Positions 11,153-21,659 of a DNA stretch of 64,000 nt are shown piece after piece (position 1 is the stretch's first letter; every line of letters starts with the position of its first letter). Source of the DNA: an uncultured Acidobacteriota bacterium (GTDB taxonomy: Bacteria > Acidobacteriota > UBA6911 > RPQK01 > JAPXNP01); NCBI GenBank assembly GCA_963777605.1, contig CAVZRV010000010.1:539849-603848 (forward strand). The letters are read 5' to 3'. The translations under genes and the position numbers were made by a program. The notes under the pieces are model-generated. The model did no database searches. It saw nothing but the letters and a program-made list of their open reading frames with translations, and had not been told where the DNA came from.

Positions 11153-12352
11153 ATGACGAAGAAACGAAAGCGGCGTTGGACATTTCTAATATTGGTCATT
11201 CTGTCGATTTCGATCGCGACCTTTGTTTACAGCCAGATGAAATCCGAGCCGATCATGATCGACTCATCTCTGCTGGCTTCAGTAGAGCGCGGAGACCTGG
11301 CCCGTTCCGTCGTCGCAACGGGGTTCATCGAACCGATCTCGAACAAGATCGAGATCCGCTCGAAAGCCAGCGGAATCGTCAAGCAGGTACACGTGGACGT
11401 AGGCGACGTGGTGGCACCGGGCGATCTGCTGATCGAACTCGATCGCGATCAGCTCGAGGCACAGCGGCGTGAAGCGGATGCCAACCTGGTGGCGGCGCAG
11501 GCCGACGTCAAGGCGGCCCAGGCCGAGTTGGAGCGCTGCCGAATCCTGGCTGAAGCCTATGACGTCGAACTGGCTCGCAACAACCACCGGCGCAGCATCG
11601 AGCTCCTGGAACAGAAGCTGATCTCGCAGTCAGCTTTTGACGCAACCGCCGGGAAGCTTCAGGAAGCTCTGAACCGGCAGCGGGCAGCAGCGGCGTCCAT
11701 AGGAGTCGCGCAGGCCTCCATCTCGCAGAAGCAGGCCCAGGTGACCCAACTGCAGGCAGCCATTGACCGCATCCGGGAAGAGCTTTCCTCTACCAACATT
11801 CGCTCTCCCATTCACGGAATCGTCCTGTCCCGCAACGTGGAGGTTGGAAGTGCAGTCTCGTCGATTCTGACAATGGGCGCCGGCGCAACCACGGTCCTGG
11901 CCCTGGGTGACATGCAAGCAGTCTACGTTAAAGGCAAGGTCGCCGAGAACGACATCGGCAAGGTGACGGTCGGACTGCCTGCCCGGATCACGGTAGAGGC
12001 TTACAAGGACAAGGTTTTTCACGGCAAAGTTTACAAGATCGCCCCCCTCGGGGCCGAGGAAGACAACGTGACCTCGTTCGAAGTGCGAGTTTCGGTCGAC
12101 AACCCGGAGGGCCTCCTGCTCGCCAATATGTCGGCCAACGCCGAGATCATCCTCGAAGAGCACACCCAGGTCCTGACCATTCCGGAAGCGGCCCTGATCT
12201 ACGACAAGGATCGCAACAGTTTCATCGAACTCCCCGACTCCAGCGTTCCCTCGGGCCGGCGCAAGGTGGCGGTCAAGCTCGACATCACCACCGGGACGCG
12301 GGCCGAGGTCGTGGACGGGCTCACTGAGGGCGACCAGGTCATCCTCCAGTAA
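11153..12352 (+). CDS. Efflux RND/MacA-type periplasmic adaptor subunit
   Basis: N-terminal TM, lipoyl halves (SKASGIVKQVHVDVGD; IRSPIHGIV), coiled-coil hairpin and GLTEGDQV end. Confidence 0.9.
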   Translation: MTKKRKRRWTFLILVILSISIATFVYSQMKSEPIMIDSSLLASVERGDLARSVVATGFIEPISNKIEIRSKASGIVKQVHVDVGDVVAPGDLLIELDRDQLEAQRREADANLVAAQADVKAAQAELERCRILAEAYDVELARNNHRRSIELLEQKLISQSAFDATAGKLQEALNRQRAAAASIGVAQASISQKQAQVTQLQAAIDRIREELSSTNIRSPIHGIVLSRNVEVGSAVSSILTMGAGATTVLALGDMQAVYVKGKVAENDIGKVTVGLPARITVEAYKDKVFHGKVYKIAPLGAEEDNVTSFEVRVSVDNPEGLLLANMSANAEIILEEHTQVLTIPEAALIYDKDRNSFIELPDSSVPSGRRKVAVKLDITTGTRAEVVDGLTEGDQVILQ

Positions 12353-12370
12353 CAGGGTGTCAGGAGAGGT

Positions 12371-13648
12371 ATGTCCGTGAGCATCTACTCCCGTTTCAAG
12401 GTTTCTCTGCAGCAGGCGGCGGCCGAACTCTGGCGCCACAAGCTGCGGACCTTCCTGACCATGTTCGGCATTGGGTGGGGCATCTGTGCCCTGGCCCTGA
12501 TCAGCGCTTCCGGCGAAGGTTTTCGCCAGGGACAGCGCAAAAATTGGGCGCAGATGGGAGATCGCATCGTGATGGTCTTTCCCGGACGGACCGAGCTGCA
12601 GGCTGGGGGAAGGAGGGCCGGCCGGGACATCAGGATGTACCAAAGCGACGCGGCCGTGATTCGTGAACAGTGCCCTCTCGTCACCCAGGTCGCAGGCGAA
12701 GTGAAGAATTGGGGCGTCGCCATGGAGAGCGACTTCAACGCGGGGCAGTTTCTCGTCCTTGGAGTTGACCCGGACTACCTGGAGCTCCGCAATCTTCCCG
12801 CGGCCCAGGGTCGGAACATCAGCTGGAACGACGTCCAATCCCGGTTCCGGGTCTGCGTGCTCGGGGACTCAGTGCGCAAGCAGCTCTTCGCCGATCGCAG
12901 CGACGTTGTCGGCAGTCAGGTTCGGATCAACGGCTTCCGGTACCAGGTCATCGGGCTGATGAGCGAAAAGAACCAGAACAGCAGTTACGACGGCTGGGAC
13001 AACGACAAGGTGCTGATCCCCAATACGGTTCTTAGGTCCGACTGTCCCCCCTCTCGGGCCGTAGCCGTGGAAGGTCGGGTCATGAACCTGATCTACCGCC
13101 CCCTCTCCGTGGTGCAGTGGGAAAAGGCCCAGCAACAGGTCCGCGGCGCCCTGGCCCGCGTTCATAATTTCGATCCTCGAGACAAGGCTGCCGCTCCGAT
13201 GTGGGACACCATCGAAACCGCTGCGATGTTCGACGGGATCTTCCAATCGCTGGGCTGGTTTCTCGGGGCGGTCGCGCTGGTTACGCTCAGCCTGGGTGGA
13301 ATGGGCGTCATGAACACGATGATGACCTCGGTCATCGAGAGAACCTCCGAGATTGGCCTCAAGAAAGCGATGGGCGCCACTTCACGGCGGGTCCTGCTGG
13401 AGTTCTTCCTCGAAGGGGCCCTGCTGGCCGGAATCAGCGGGGCTGTCGGAATCCTGCTGGTCTGGGGCCTGGCCTCCATTGTGAACTCTCTGCCGATGCC
13501 GGCCTTCTACTCGGGACTTCCCCTCTCGGAGGGAATGATCCTCAAACTGGTCCTGGTCCTGGGTGCCGTGACCATCCTCTCGGCCTTGCCCCCAGCCTGG
13601 CGGGCCGCCCGGATGGCCCCGGTAGAAGCTCTTCGATTCGAAAAATGA
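12371..13648 (+). CDS. ABC transporter permease (MacB/FtsX family)
   Basis: KLRTFLTMFGIGWG, ERTSEIGLKKAMGA and PAWRAARMAPVEALRFE. Confidence 0.92.
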   Translation: MSVSIYSRFKVSLQQAAAELWRHKLRTFLTMFGIGWGICALALISASGEGFRQGQRKNWAQMGDRIVMVFPGRTELQAGGRRAGRDIRMYQSDAAVIREQCPLVTQVAGEVKNWGVAMESDFNAGQFLVLGVDPDYLELRNLPAAQGRNISWNDVQSRFRVCVLGDSVRKQLFADRSDVVGSQVRINGFRYQVIGLMSEKNQNSSYDGWDNDKVLIPNTVLRSDCPPSRAVAVEGRVMNLIYRPLSVVQWEKAQQQVRGALARVHNFDPRDKAAAPMWDTIETAAMFDGIFQSLGWFLGAVALVTLSLGGMGVMNTMMTSVIERTSEIGLKKAMGATSRRVLLEFFLEGALLAGISGAVGILLVWGLASIVNSLPMPAFYSGLPLSEGMILKLVLVLGAVTILSALPPAWRAARMAPVEALRFEK

Positions 13649-14907
13649 GAACGCGCACGCTTCTTCAAAACGCTCTCGACGCTGTCTTCGCCAACAAGCG
13701 GCGAACGGCCATTACGATTGTCAGCCTGGCCTGGGCGGTGGCGTCGTTCCTGGTCCTGATGAGTTACGGTCAGGGCTTCGATGTCGCCCTGCACTCCGCC
13801 TTTCGGTCGGTTGGGAAGGACCTCATCATCGTTGGCTCCGGCCAAACCAGCGAACAGGCGGGCGGGATGCGATCGGGCCGGAAGATCGTCCTGGAGCGGG
13901 ATGACGTCGATGCCATCCGGGAGAGCTGCCCGTTCGTTGGCGGAATTTCGCCGGAGATCATGCGCGACGCCGCTATCGTCTACGGGACCCGCCAGAAAGA
14001 GTACATGCTTCGGTCGGTGATCCCGGAGTACCAACGCATTCGCAACCTCCAGATCGTGCAGGGAAGGTGGCTGACGGGAGACGACGAACTCTATGCCCGC
14101 AGAGTGGCGGTCATTGGATCGAAGGTGGCGAGCGAACTCTTTGGCGCGCGCCCTCCGGTCGGCGAAGAGATCACCGTCAACGGAGTCCAGTTCACGGTGA
14201 TCGGGACTCTCGAAACGAAGGTTCAGCTCGCCAACTACAACCGGCCGGACAACGAGTGCCTTTTCATCCCGTACCAAACGATGCAGCTGTTCCAATCCAT
14301 CCGCTATCCCGAGCTGATTGTTTGGACTCCCTCGATCCCCGAGGTTCGGGATCGCGCCATCAAGCAAGTCCGCTCGACGCTTGCCGGGATTCACCGATTC
14401 TCGCCAACCGATGAAAAGGCGGTCTTCATCATGGCCTTCAGCCAGTTCACCAGCATCATCGACGGCATGTCGCTCGCGCTGAACGCCCTGCTCATCTTTA
14501 TCGGCCTGGTTACCCTGGGTATCGGGGCGGTCGGGTTGGCCAACATCATGTTCTCGGCAGTCATCGAGAGGACCCGCGAGATCGGCGTTCTGAAAGCACT
14601 GGGCGCGCGACGAAAAACCATCCTGGCTCAGTTCCTCTGGGAATCGGTCTTCGTGGTCCTCATAGGAGGAACGATCGGGGTATTTCTGGGCGTTGCAATT
14701 GCCTACTCGGTCGGTTCTCTGCCCTTCATGGGTGTCATGCTCGGGAAGGAACTCTCCGAGAAATACGGGCGGATTCACTTCGAGATCTCCGCGCTTTCCG
14801 TGGCCGTCTCGCTGGGAGTCCTCTTCGCAGTCGGACTGATCGCCGGCATGCTGCCGGCCATCCGGGCTTCCCGGCTCGACCCGGTCGAGGCACTCCATTA
14901 TGAGTGA
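13645..14907 (+). CDS. ABC transporter permease (MacB/FtsX family)
   Basis: ATGA overlap with the upstream stop; ERTREIGVLKALGA and PAIRASRLDPVEALHYE. Confidence 0.92.
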   Translation: MRTRTLLQNALDAVFANKRRTAITIVSLAWAVASFLVLMSYGQGFDVALHSAFRSVGKDLIIVGSGQTSEQAGGMRSGRKIVLERDDVDAIRESCPFVGGISPEIMRDAAIVYGTRQKEYMLRSVIPEYQRIRNLQIVQGRWLTGDDELYARRVAVIGSKVASELFGARPPVGEEITVNGVQFTVIGTLETKVQLANYNRPDNECLFIPYQTMQLFQSIRYPELIVWTPSIPEVRDRAIKQVRSTLAGIHRFSPTDEKAVFIMAFSQFTSIIDGMSLALNALLIFIGLVTLGIGAVGLANIMFSAVIERTREIGVLKALGARRKTILAQFLWESVFVVLIGGTIGVFLGVAIAYSVGSLPFMGVMLGKELSEKYGRIHFEISALSVAVSLGVLFAVGLIAGMLPAIRASRLDPVEALHYE

Positions 14908-15082
14908 GGTCCGACGTGTCGCACCTGTCCGACCAGCCTGCCTGGCCCGGACGGTCTGGTTTGGGTTCTTTCCCGGCGACGCCTGATTTGTAATAGACTG
15001 TCCTCTTCGGAACCCGCACGTGTTGCATTGACTCTGGTCACGGAACGCCGAGGACGGCGCTTCGATTTCCCTGGTACTTAAC

Positions 15083-16888
15083 ATGGATACGCAGTCGAAT
15101 ATCAGGAATTTCTGCATCATTGCCCACATCGATCATGGCAAGTCGACCCTTGCCGACCGGATTCTGGAAGATACCGGGACCGTCGAATCCCGCCGAATGC
15201 GCGAGCAGTTGCTCGATCAGATGGACCTGGAAAGGGAACGCGGCATCACGATCAAGATGGCGGCGGTCCGGCTCTACTACCGGGCGGACAACGGCGAGAT
15301 GTATGAATTGAACCTGATCGACACGCCGGGTCACGTCGATTTTACCTACGAAGTATCCCGAAGCCTTGCTGCCTGCGAGGGCGCGATCGTGGTCGTCGAT
15401 GCCGTCCAGGGGGTAGAGGCGCAGACTCTGGCCAACGTCAATCTCGCCATGAATCAGAAACTGACCCTGGTTCCGGTGATCAACAAGATCGACCTTCCGG
15501 CGGCCAGCCCGGACCGGGTTCGAGCCGAGATTGAAGAGAGCCTGATGATCGAAGGTCACGAGGCGTTGCTTGCATCGGCCAAACAGGGGATCGGCATCCA
15601 CGAGATCCTGGAGGCGATCATCGAGCGCGTTCCTCCTCCGGCGGGCGAACCGGATGCACCGTTGCGTGCCTTGATTTTTGACAGCCACTTCGACCCCTAC
15701 CTCGGAATCGTCGCCTACGTTCGCGTGATTGACGGAGAGCTCGAGGCCGGCACGAGAATCCGGATGATGGCCTCGGGATCCGTGGCCGAGGTCGCCGGTG
15801 TCGGAGTCTTCGCTCCTGCAATGAGGGCTTGCGACCGACTGACCGCCGGCCAGGTCGGCTTCGTCCATGCCGCAATCAAGGAAATCGGCCTGTGCCGCGT
15901 GGGGGACACGATTACCGAACACGCCAGGCCGGCCAGCAAACCGCTTCCGGGCTACAAGCAAATCAAACCGATGGTGTTTTGCGGGCTCTACCCGGTGGAC
16001 GGAGACCGGTTCTCCGACCTGCGGGAAGCACTCTCCAAGCTGGAACTGAACGACGCAGCCCTCAGATTCGAGGCGGAGACGTCGGCTGCGCTCGGTTTCG
16101 GGTTCCGCTGTGGGTTCCTCGGCCTGCTTCACAGCGAGATTATCCAGGAACGTCTGGAACGCGAGTTCGACCTGGAACTGGTCGCAACAGCTCCCTCGGT
16201 CGTCTACAACGTGCGGACCAAGAACGGCGAAGAACAAATGGTGGACAACCCGGCTCACTGGCCGCCGCTGGGCGACATTGAAGCCGTCGAAGAGCCCTAT
16301 GTAAAGGCCGTGATCTTCACCCCCAACGACTACGTCGGTGCGCTCATGGAGCTCTGCACCGAGCGCCGGGGTGAGTTCGTCACCATGGAATATGCCACCA
16401 CGGAAAGGGTCATGCTGACTTACCAGCTCCCGCTCGCCGAGATCCTGCTCGACTTCTTCGACACGCTCAAGAGCCGCTCACGAGGCTATGCGTCGTTCGA
16501 CTACGAACTTTCCGGCTACCGTGAGAATGCTCTCGTCAAGCTCGACATCCGCATCAACAACGAACCGATTGACGCGCTCAGCTTCATCAGCCACCGCGAC
16601 AAGGCCTACTACAAGGGCAAGGCCCTGGTGAGCCGCCTGCGTGAAGTCCTGCCGAGACAACTCTTCGAGATTCGAATTCAGGCCGGAATCGGCTCGAAGA
16701 TCGTCGCCGCCGAACGGATTCAGGCCCTGCGAAAGAACGTTCTGGCCAAGTGCTACGGGGGAGACATCACCCGGAAGCGGAAGTTGCTCGAGCGCCAGCG
16801 CGAGGGGAAGCGCAGGATGAAGTCGGTGGGCCGGGTGGAGATTCCCCAGGAGGCCTTCCTCAGCGTCCTGCGCGTCGGCAACGAGTGA
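15083..16888 (+). CDS. lepA: Translation elongation factor 4
   Basis: [47 protein letters not shown] and [14 protein letters not shown]. Confidence 0.98.
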   Translation: MDTQSNIRNFCIIAHIDHGKSTLADRILEDTGTVESRRMREQLLDQMDLERERGITIKMAAVRLYYRADNGEMYELNLIDTPGHVDFTYEVSRSLAACEGAIVVVDAVQGVEAQTLANVNLAMNQKLTLVPVINKIDLPAASPDRVRAEIEESLMIEGHEALLASAKQGIGIHEILEAIIERVPPPAGEPDAPLRALIFDSHFDPYLGIVAYVRVIDGELEAGTRIRMMASGSVAEVAGVGVFAPAMRACDRLTAGQVGFVHAAIKEIGLCRVGDTITEHARPASKPLPGYKQIKPMVFCGLYPVDGDRFSDLREALSKLELNDAALRFEAETSAALGFGFRCGFLGLLHSEIIQERLEREFDLELVATAPSVVYNVRTKNGEEQMVDNPAHWPPLGDIEAVEEPYVKAVIFTPNDYVGALMELCTERRGEFVTMEYATTERVMLTYQLPLAEILLDFFDTLKSRSRGYASFDYELSGYRENALVKLDIRINNEPIDALSFISHRDKAYYKGKALVSRLREVLPRQLFEIRIQAGIGSKIVAAERIQALRKNVLAKCYGGDITRKRKLLERQREGKRRMKSVGRVEIPQEAFLSVLRVGNE

Positions 16889-16897
16889 CGGAGCAGC

Positions 16898-18622
16898 TCA
16901 AATCATCCCGGCAGTGCGGACCAGGTCGATCAGAAGATACCCGCCCTGGACGTTTCGGACTCGATCCCATCCCCGGTTCATCAGAATTCGCTGAGCGACG
17001 TAACTCCGGTACCCACTGCGGCAATGGACGACCACGTCGCGGTCTCTCGGCACCTCTTCGAGGCGTCCCCGCAGTTCGTCGAGCGGAATGTTGACGGCCA
17101 CGTCGAGGTTTCCTTCCGAGTACTCCGGAGGCGTCCGGACGTCAAGTACGAACGGCGGCTGCTCGCCGGACAGTTCCTTCATGAGTTCGAATGGAGTAAT
17201 GGCGGGCATTACGGCTCTCCGGATGTTTGCTCCTGCAAAACCCACCATGATCGGAACATCTTTGGCCGATCCCACCGGCGGGGCGTAACAGAGATCGAGT
17301 TGCTCCAGGTCTTCGACCGTCATCTTGCCCGAGATGGCAGTGGCCAGCACATCCACCCGCTTGTCGACGCCCTTGCCTCCAACCCCCTGGGCACCGAGAA
17401 TCCGACCGGAATCAGCATCGTACAGGACCTTCAAAAAAAGCGGCTCGGCATTCGGATAGTAGCCCGCGTTACTGGCCCCGAACATGTAAGCGATCTCGTA
17501 AGACACGCCCCATTCCCGCGCGCTCCGCTCACTCAGGCCAGTGACCGCCGCAAGACAGTCACAGACCCGCACCACGGCGGTACCCAGGACACCCGAAAAA
17601 GAGAGCCGCTCCGAATGGTCTTCCGGGGCGCCCAGGAGATCGAGGGCCGCATTTGCCCCCGCAACGCGCCCCATCTTGTTGGCCGGTCCGGCCAGTGGAA
17701 TGTTGACCGGCTTGCAGAGCACCAGGTGGTTGACTTCGCAGTTGTCACCGGCCGCGTAGATCCCCGGAATGCTGGTCCGCTGCCGGGCGTCCACCTTGAT
17801 TGCGCCCGTGGTACCCAAGTCGATTCCGGCGTCCCCGGCCAGCTGGACGTTCGGCCTGACTCCCAGCGCCTGAACCCCGATGTCGAACAGGACCTCACGG
17901 CCCGATTCGGTACGGGCCACGGTCGTCCCTTCGATTTCGACAATTTCGGCAATCGCGTCTCCGAGAAACACATCTGCCCCTTCACTCTCGAGGGCGTGGC
18001 GAAGCTGCAAAGCGACCTCGGGGTCCAGACCCGACATCACCTGGTTAGCCTTCTCGACAACGGTCACCTTGAGACCGAGCAGGGCCAGCTGTTCGGCGGT
18101 TTCGAGGCCGATGTACCCACCCCCCATGACGAGAGCCCGGCAACCGGCATCGGGGTGGCAGGCGCGGGCCGCCAACTGGTCGAGGTGGGAAAGGATCGAA
18201 TCGACGTCGGGAACGGTCCGTACCGTGAAAATGTTGGCACGATCCAGTCCTGGGATCGGCGGCTTGATGGCTACCGTTCCGGTGGCGAGAATGAGTCGAT
18301 CGTACTCGACCGTCTCCTCATTCCCGTCGCTGTCGCTGACCGTCACCGACTGTCCGGCCGGATCTACCAACAAGACCCTGGTGTGTACCCGAACGTCGAT
18401 TCCGAAACGACGTGAGAAGTCGACACGATCGGTTACAAAGAGCCGCTCGCGCCGGTTGATTTCCTGGCCGACATAGTAGGGCAGTCCGCAGTTAGCAAAG
18501 CTGATATAGGGCCCCGCTTCGAAGATGACAATTTCCAGCTCTTCACTGGTTCGCCGGGCCTTGGCGGCGGCCGAGGCTCCGGCTGCGACACCCCCCACCA
18601 CCAGAAGTCTTTTCCGTGACAT
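16898..18622 (-). CDS. CoA-disulfide reductase-rhodanese fusion (Npsr/CDR-RHD type)
   Basis: GGVAAGASAA, SFANCGLPYY, GGGYIGLE, LCYAPP and C-terminal rhodanese DVRTPPEY...HCRSGYRSY. Confidence 0.92.
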   Translation of the reverse strand: MSRKRLLVVGGVAAGASAAAKARRTSEELEIVIFEAGPYISFANCGLPYYVGQEINRRERLFVTDRVDFSRRFGIDVRVHTRVLLVDPAGQSVTVSDSDGNEETVEYDRLILATGTVAIKPPIPGLDRANIFTVRTVPDVDSILSHLDQLAARACHPDAGCRALVMGGGYIGLETAEQLALLGLKVTVVEKANQVMSGLDPEVALQLRHALESEGADVFLGDAIAEIVEIEGTTVARTESGREVLFDIGVQALGVRPNVQLAGDAGIDLGTTGAIKVDARQRTSIPGIYAAGDNCEVNHLVLCKPVNIPLAGPANKMGRVAGANAALDLLGAPEDHSERLSFSGVLGTAVVRVCDCLAAVTGLSERSAREWGVSYEIAYMFGASNAGYYPNAEPLFLKVLYDADSGRILGAQGVGGKGVDKRVDVLATAISGKMTVEDLEQLDLCYAPPVGSAKDVPIMVGFAGANIRRAVMPAITPFELMKELSGEQPPFVLDVRTPPEYSEGNLDVAVNIPLDELRGRLEEVPRDRDVVVHCRSGYRSYVAQRILMNRGWDRVRNVQGGYLLIDLVRTAGMI

Positions 18623-18756
18623 GTTCGACACCTCTCAATCGGCTCCGTGGCAAAGTGCCAGGAGACGTCCCGGATTCTATCCGTCGCGCGGAATCCTCTT
18701 CAACCTGAACCGGGGTTCCCACACAGCACGGACTTTCATGAGAAAATCAGCCAGGA

Positions 18757-19944
18757 GTGATTATCGAGGGTGCTTTCGCAATATATATCCATGTTCCGAT
18801 ATGCGCCCACAAGTGCTACTACTGTGACTTTCATTCCCGACCTGTTGAACCGACCGACCGAAGCCGTTACCTGAAAGCTCTCTGCAACGAGATTCGCAAC
18901 ACTCCCTACAAGGACTCCCGCGCCTGCACGCTTTTCCTGGGAGGCGGCACCCCCTCTGAGCTGACCGGCGACGAAATCGAACGGATCGTCCGGGCACTGG
19001 AGGAGAGCTTTGTCTTCGATTCAGAAGCCGAGTGGACGATCGAGTGCAACCCGGGGACGGTGAGTCCTGCATCCTGCGACCGCTTCCTCGAGCTGGGTTT
19101 CGACCGGGTCAGCATGGGTGCGCAGTCCTTCCACAATCATCACCTGAAACGACTGGGGCGGATCCACTCCGCCAGTGACATCAGCCGGGGTTTCGACTGG
19201 TTCAGGGGCGCGGGATTCGAAAACATCAGCCTGGACCTGATGTTTGGTATTCCGGACCAGACCCGGAGAGAGTGGAATACCGATCTCAAGAAAGCGATCG
19301 AACTCGGCCCGGAGCACATGTCGCTCTACAGCCTCTCGATCGAGCCTGGGACTCCGTTCGGACATCTTGTCGAGGTCGGCAACCTGCAGCAGTCTGATGA
19401 CGACGTCATCGCCGATATGTACGAGACGGCGATGGACGTCACCCTGGCCGCCGGGTACCACCAGTACGAAATCTCTAACTACGCCCTGCCCGGCTACGAG
19501 TGCACCCACAACCTCTCGTACTGGTCCAATTCACCATACCTCGGATTCGGAGTGAGTGCCGCTTCGTATTGCAACGGAGTTCGCTGGACCAACACCTACG
19601 ACTGGAACGCCTATTTCAAGGCTGCCGAAACGGGCCAGGTACCCCGCTTGAGCGTGGAGCGGCTCGACTGGAACCTGGCGCTCGGCGAGGAAGTCATGCT
19701 GGGTCTGCGGACAAGCCGGGGAATCTCCACTTCTCGCCTTTCCCGCAAGTACCGCTGTGACTTCGAAGGGCTCTTCCGGTTCTCCATCGACTTCTTGACC
19801 GAGCAGGACTTGCTGGCGCGAGAGGGCGATCAGCTGAGGCTGACTCGGCGAGGCCGCCTGCTTGCGAACGAAGTCTGCAGGGAATTCCTCGACTCCGCAC
19901 GCCGTCTGGATGGCAGCGCGGAACGCCCCCCGGCCAACGAGTGA
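18757..19944 (+). CDS. hemW: Radical SAM heme chaperone HemW
   Basis: YIHVPICAHKCYYCDF, GGGTPS, YEISNYA and HNLSYW (HNxxYW marks HemW). Confidence 0.9.
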   Translation: MIIEGAFAIYIHVPICAHKCYYCDFHSRPVEPTDRSRYLKALCNEIRNTPYKDSRACTLFLGGGTPSELTGDEIERIVRALEESFVFDSEAEWTIECNPGTVSPASCDRFLELGFDRVSMGAQSFHNHHLKRLGRIHSASDISRGFDWFRGAGFENISLDLMFGIPDQTRREWNTDLKKAIELGPEHMSLYSLSIEPGTPFGHLVEVGNLQQSDDDVIADMYETAMDVTLAAGYHQYEISNYALPGYECTHNLSYWSNSPYLGFGVSAASYCNGVRWTNTYDWNAYFKAAETGQVPRLSVERLDWNLALGEEVMLGLRTSRGISTSRLSRKYRCDFEGLFRFSIDFLTEQDLLAREGDQLRLTRRGRLLANEVCREFLDSARRLDGSAERPPANE

Positions 19945-19977
19945 GGCTCCCCGGAGCAGCACGATCGGGGGCCCGTT

Positions 19978-20985
19978 TCAGACCCTCACGGTAACCTGGT
20001 GAATCCCGGTGGATCCTGAAGGAAACACCCCCGAGTAACCCTCCTCCTGACGCCTCCCGGCCGCATCGACGACCCGCGCCGACAAAGTGTATTCACCGGT
20101 CGACTTCGGAACCCAGTCGAATGTCCACGTGCTCCAGGCATTGGGTCGAGGTGGCTCTCCAAGAACGGCCCGGTGCCAGGTCTCGCCATCGTCGCTGACC
20201 TCGATCCTCCCGGCCGGCGCGGCACCACAAAATGCCACCCCGCTCACCTGGTACCGGCCGGCCGCCTGCCGGCGCGCCGAGTCAATTCGTGCCGTCATGT
20301 GAATAGAGCACTCGTCGCACCAGCCCCGGCGTTCCCAGTAGCCCGGGTCTTCTTCAGAAACGACGATCTTCTCGAGCCAGCGCGGCTGTTTCATCCCGTA
20401 TCTACCGGGGATCAAAACGCGCAGCGGATAGCCGTGCGCAGGAGGAATGGGTTCGCCGTTCATCTCGTAGGCCAGCAGAGTCTCCGGGTCGATAGCATCC
20501 GAGAGGGGAATGCTGGAATAGAAACCGTCCATCCCGTAAAACGTTGCAAACAGTCCCTTCGCTCGTCCGCCCAGCACCGGCTCGATTACCTGGCGTAGCG
20601 AAACGGACGTCCACTCCGCGTTCCCCATTCCTGTTCCGCCGACTCCGTTGCCGACGCAGACCAGGGTCCTCATTTCACGTTGCACCGCCAAGGATCGAAT
20701 CTGATCCAGGCTCATCGATTGCTTTCCGCCCGGCCCTTCCAGGAGCAGGCGAAACTCAGCCGGATCAATTTCGGGACGGAAACCGGGGCGAATCGAGACC
20801 GAGAAGAAGGACTGATTCGGCGTCACATAATTGGTTTCCCGCTGGGCAACAGGTACGGGTCGAAACTTCCACCACCGGTACGCATAGATGGCTCCGATGC
20901 CGGTCACAGTGAAGGTGATGAACCTCCGTCTCAGCACCGCTCGCCGGTTTCGTTTCCGTTCTTCCTGAAATTCGAAAAGCGCCAT
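19978..20985 (-). CDS. Molybdopterin-dependent oxidoreductase (sulfite oxidase family)
   Basis: TPNQSFF, TLVCVGN Mo-ligand Cys, AYEMNGEPIPPAHGYPLR, GRYGMKQPRWL and GYWERRGW; N-terminal RRRF plus TM segment. Confidence 0.88.
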   Translation of the reverse strand: MALFEFQEERKRNRRAVLRRRFITFTVTGIGAIYAYRWWKFRPVPVAQRETNYVTPNQSFFSVSIRPGFRPEIDPAEFRLLLEGPGGKQSMSLDQIRSLAVQREMRTLVCVGNGVGGTGMGNAEWTSVSLRQVIEPVLGGRAKGLFATFYGMDGFYSSIPLSDAIDPETLLAYEMNGEPIPPAHGYPLRVLIPGRYGMKQPRWLEKIVVSEEDPGYWERRGWCDECSIHMTARIDSARRQAAGRYQVSGVAFCGAAPAGRIEVSDDGETWHRAVLGEPPRPNAWSTWTFDWVPKSTGEYTLSARVVDAAGRRQEEGYSGVFPSGSTGIHQVTVRV

Positions 20986-20987
20986 GG

Positions 20988-21657
20988 TCAGAGGATGAAG
21001 GTGGCCGCCTGTTCCACGGATTTCTTCTCGAGGACCGGGACCTGCACTCCTTCAGCGGGATATCCCACAGGAAACAGTATATAGGGCCTCTCGTTTCCAG
21101 GCCGGTCAAGTATCTCCCTTAGAAAGCCCATCGGGCTCGGAGTGTGAGTCAGGGTGACCAACCCCATCTGGTGAATCGCAGCGATGAAAAGACCGCAGGC
21201 GATTCCGACGCTCTCCTGGACGTAATAGTTCTTTCTCCTGCCGCCGCCGGAAGTCACGCGATAGGACTCGGCGAACACCACCACCAGCCAGGGAGCGGTT
21301 TCGAGGAACGGCTTCTTCCAGTCGGTTCCCAGAGGAGCCAACTCTTCGAGCCACTCCTCGGGCATGCGGTGCTGATAACTTTCCTGCTCCTCCTTCTCCG
21401 CCGCCTTCCCGGATCCGCTGTTTTACTTCGGGATTGCCGACGGCTACGAAGTGCCACGGCTGACAGTTGGCACCCGAAGGGGAACTGATCGCCGTCCGGA
21501 TCGCCAACTCGATCAGATGGCGGGAAACCGGTCGGCTGGAAAACTCCCGGACGCTGCGTCGCCGTAACATCGCGGTCTGAAATGAAACCGCCCTCTGCTC
21601 CATTTCTTCGATGGAGTACTCCTGGAACTCGAGCGCCTGAAACAAGGTCCGGCCCAT
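20988..21657 (-). CDS. Iodotyrosine deiodinase-like nitroreductase (frameshift near 21405)
   Basis: RRRSVREFS and SPSGANCQPW. Removing one base at GAAGGCGGCG gives AAEKEEQESYQHRMPEEWL..LGTDWKKPFLETAP, followed by TLTHTPSPMGFL. Confidence 0.85.
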
Positions 21658-21659
21658 GG

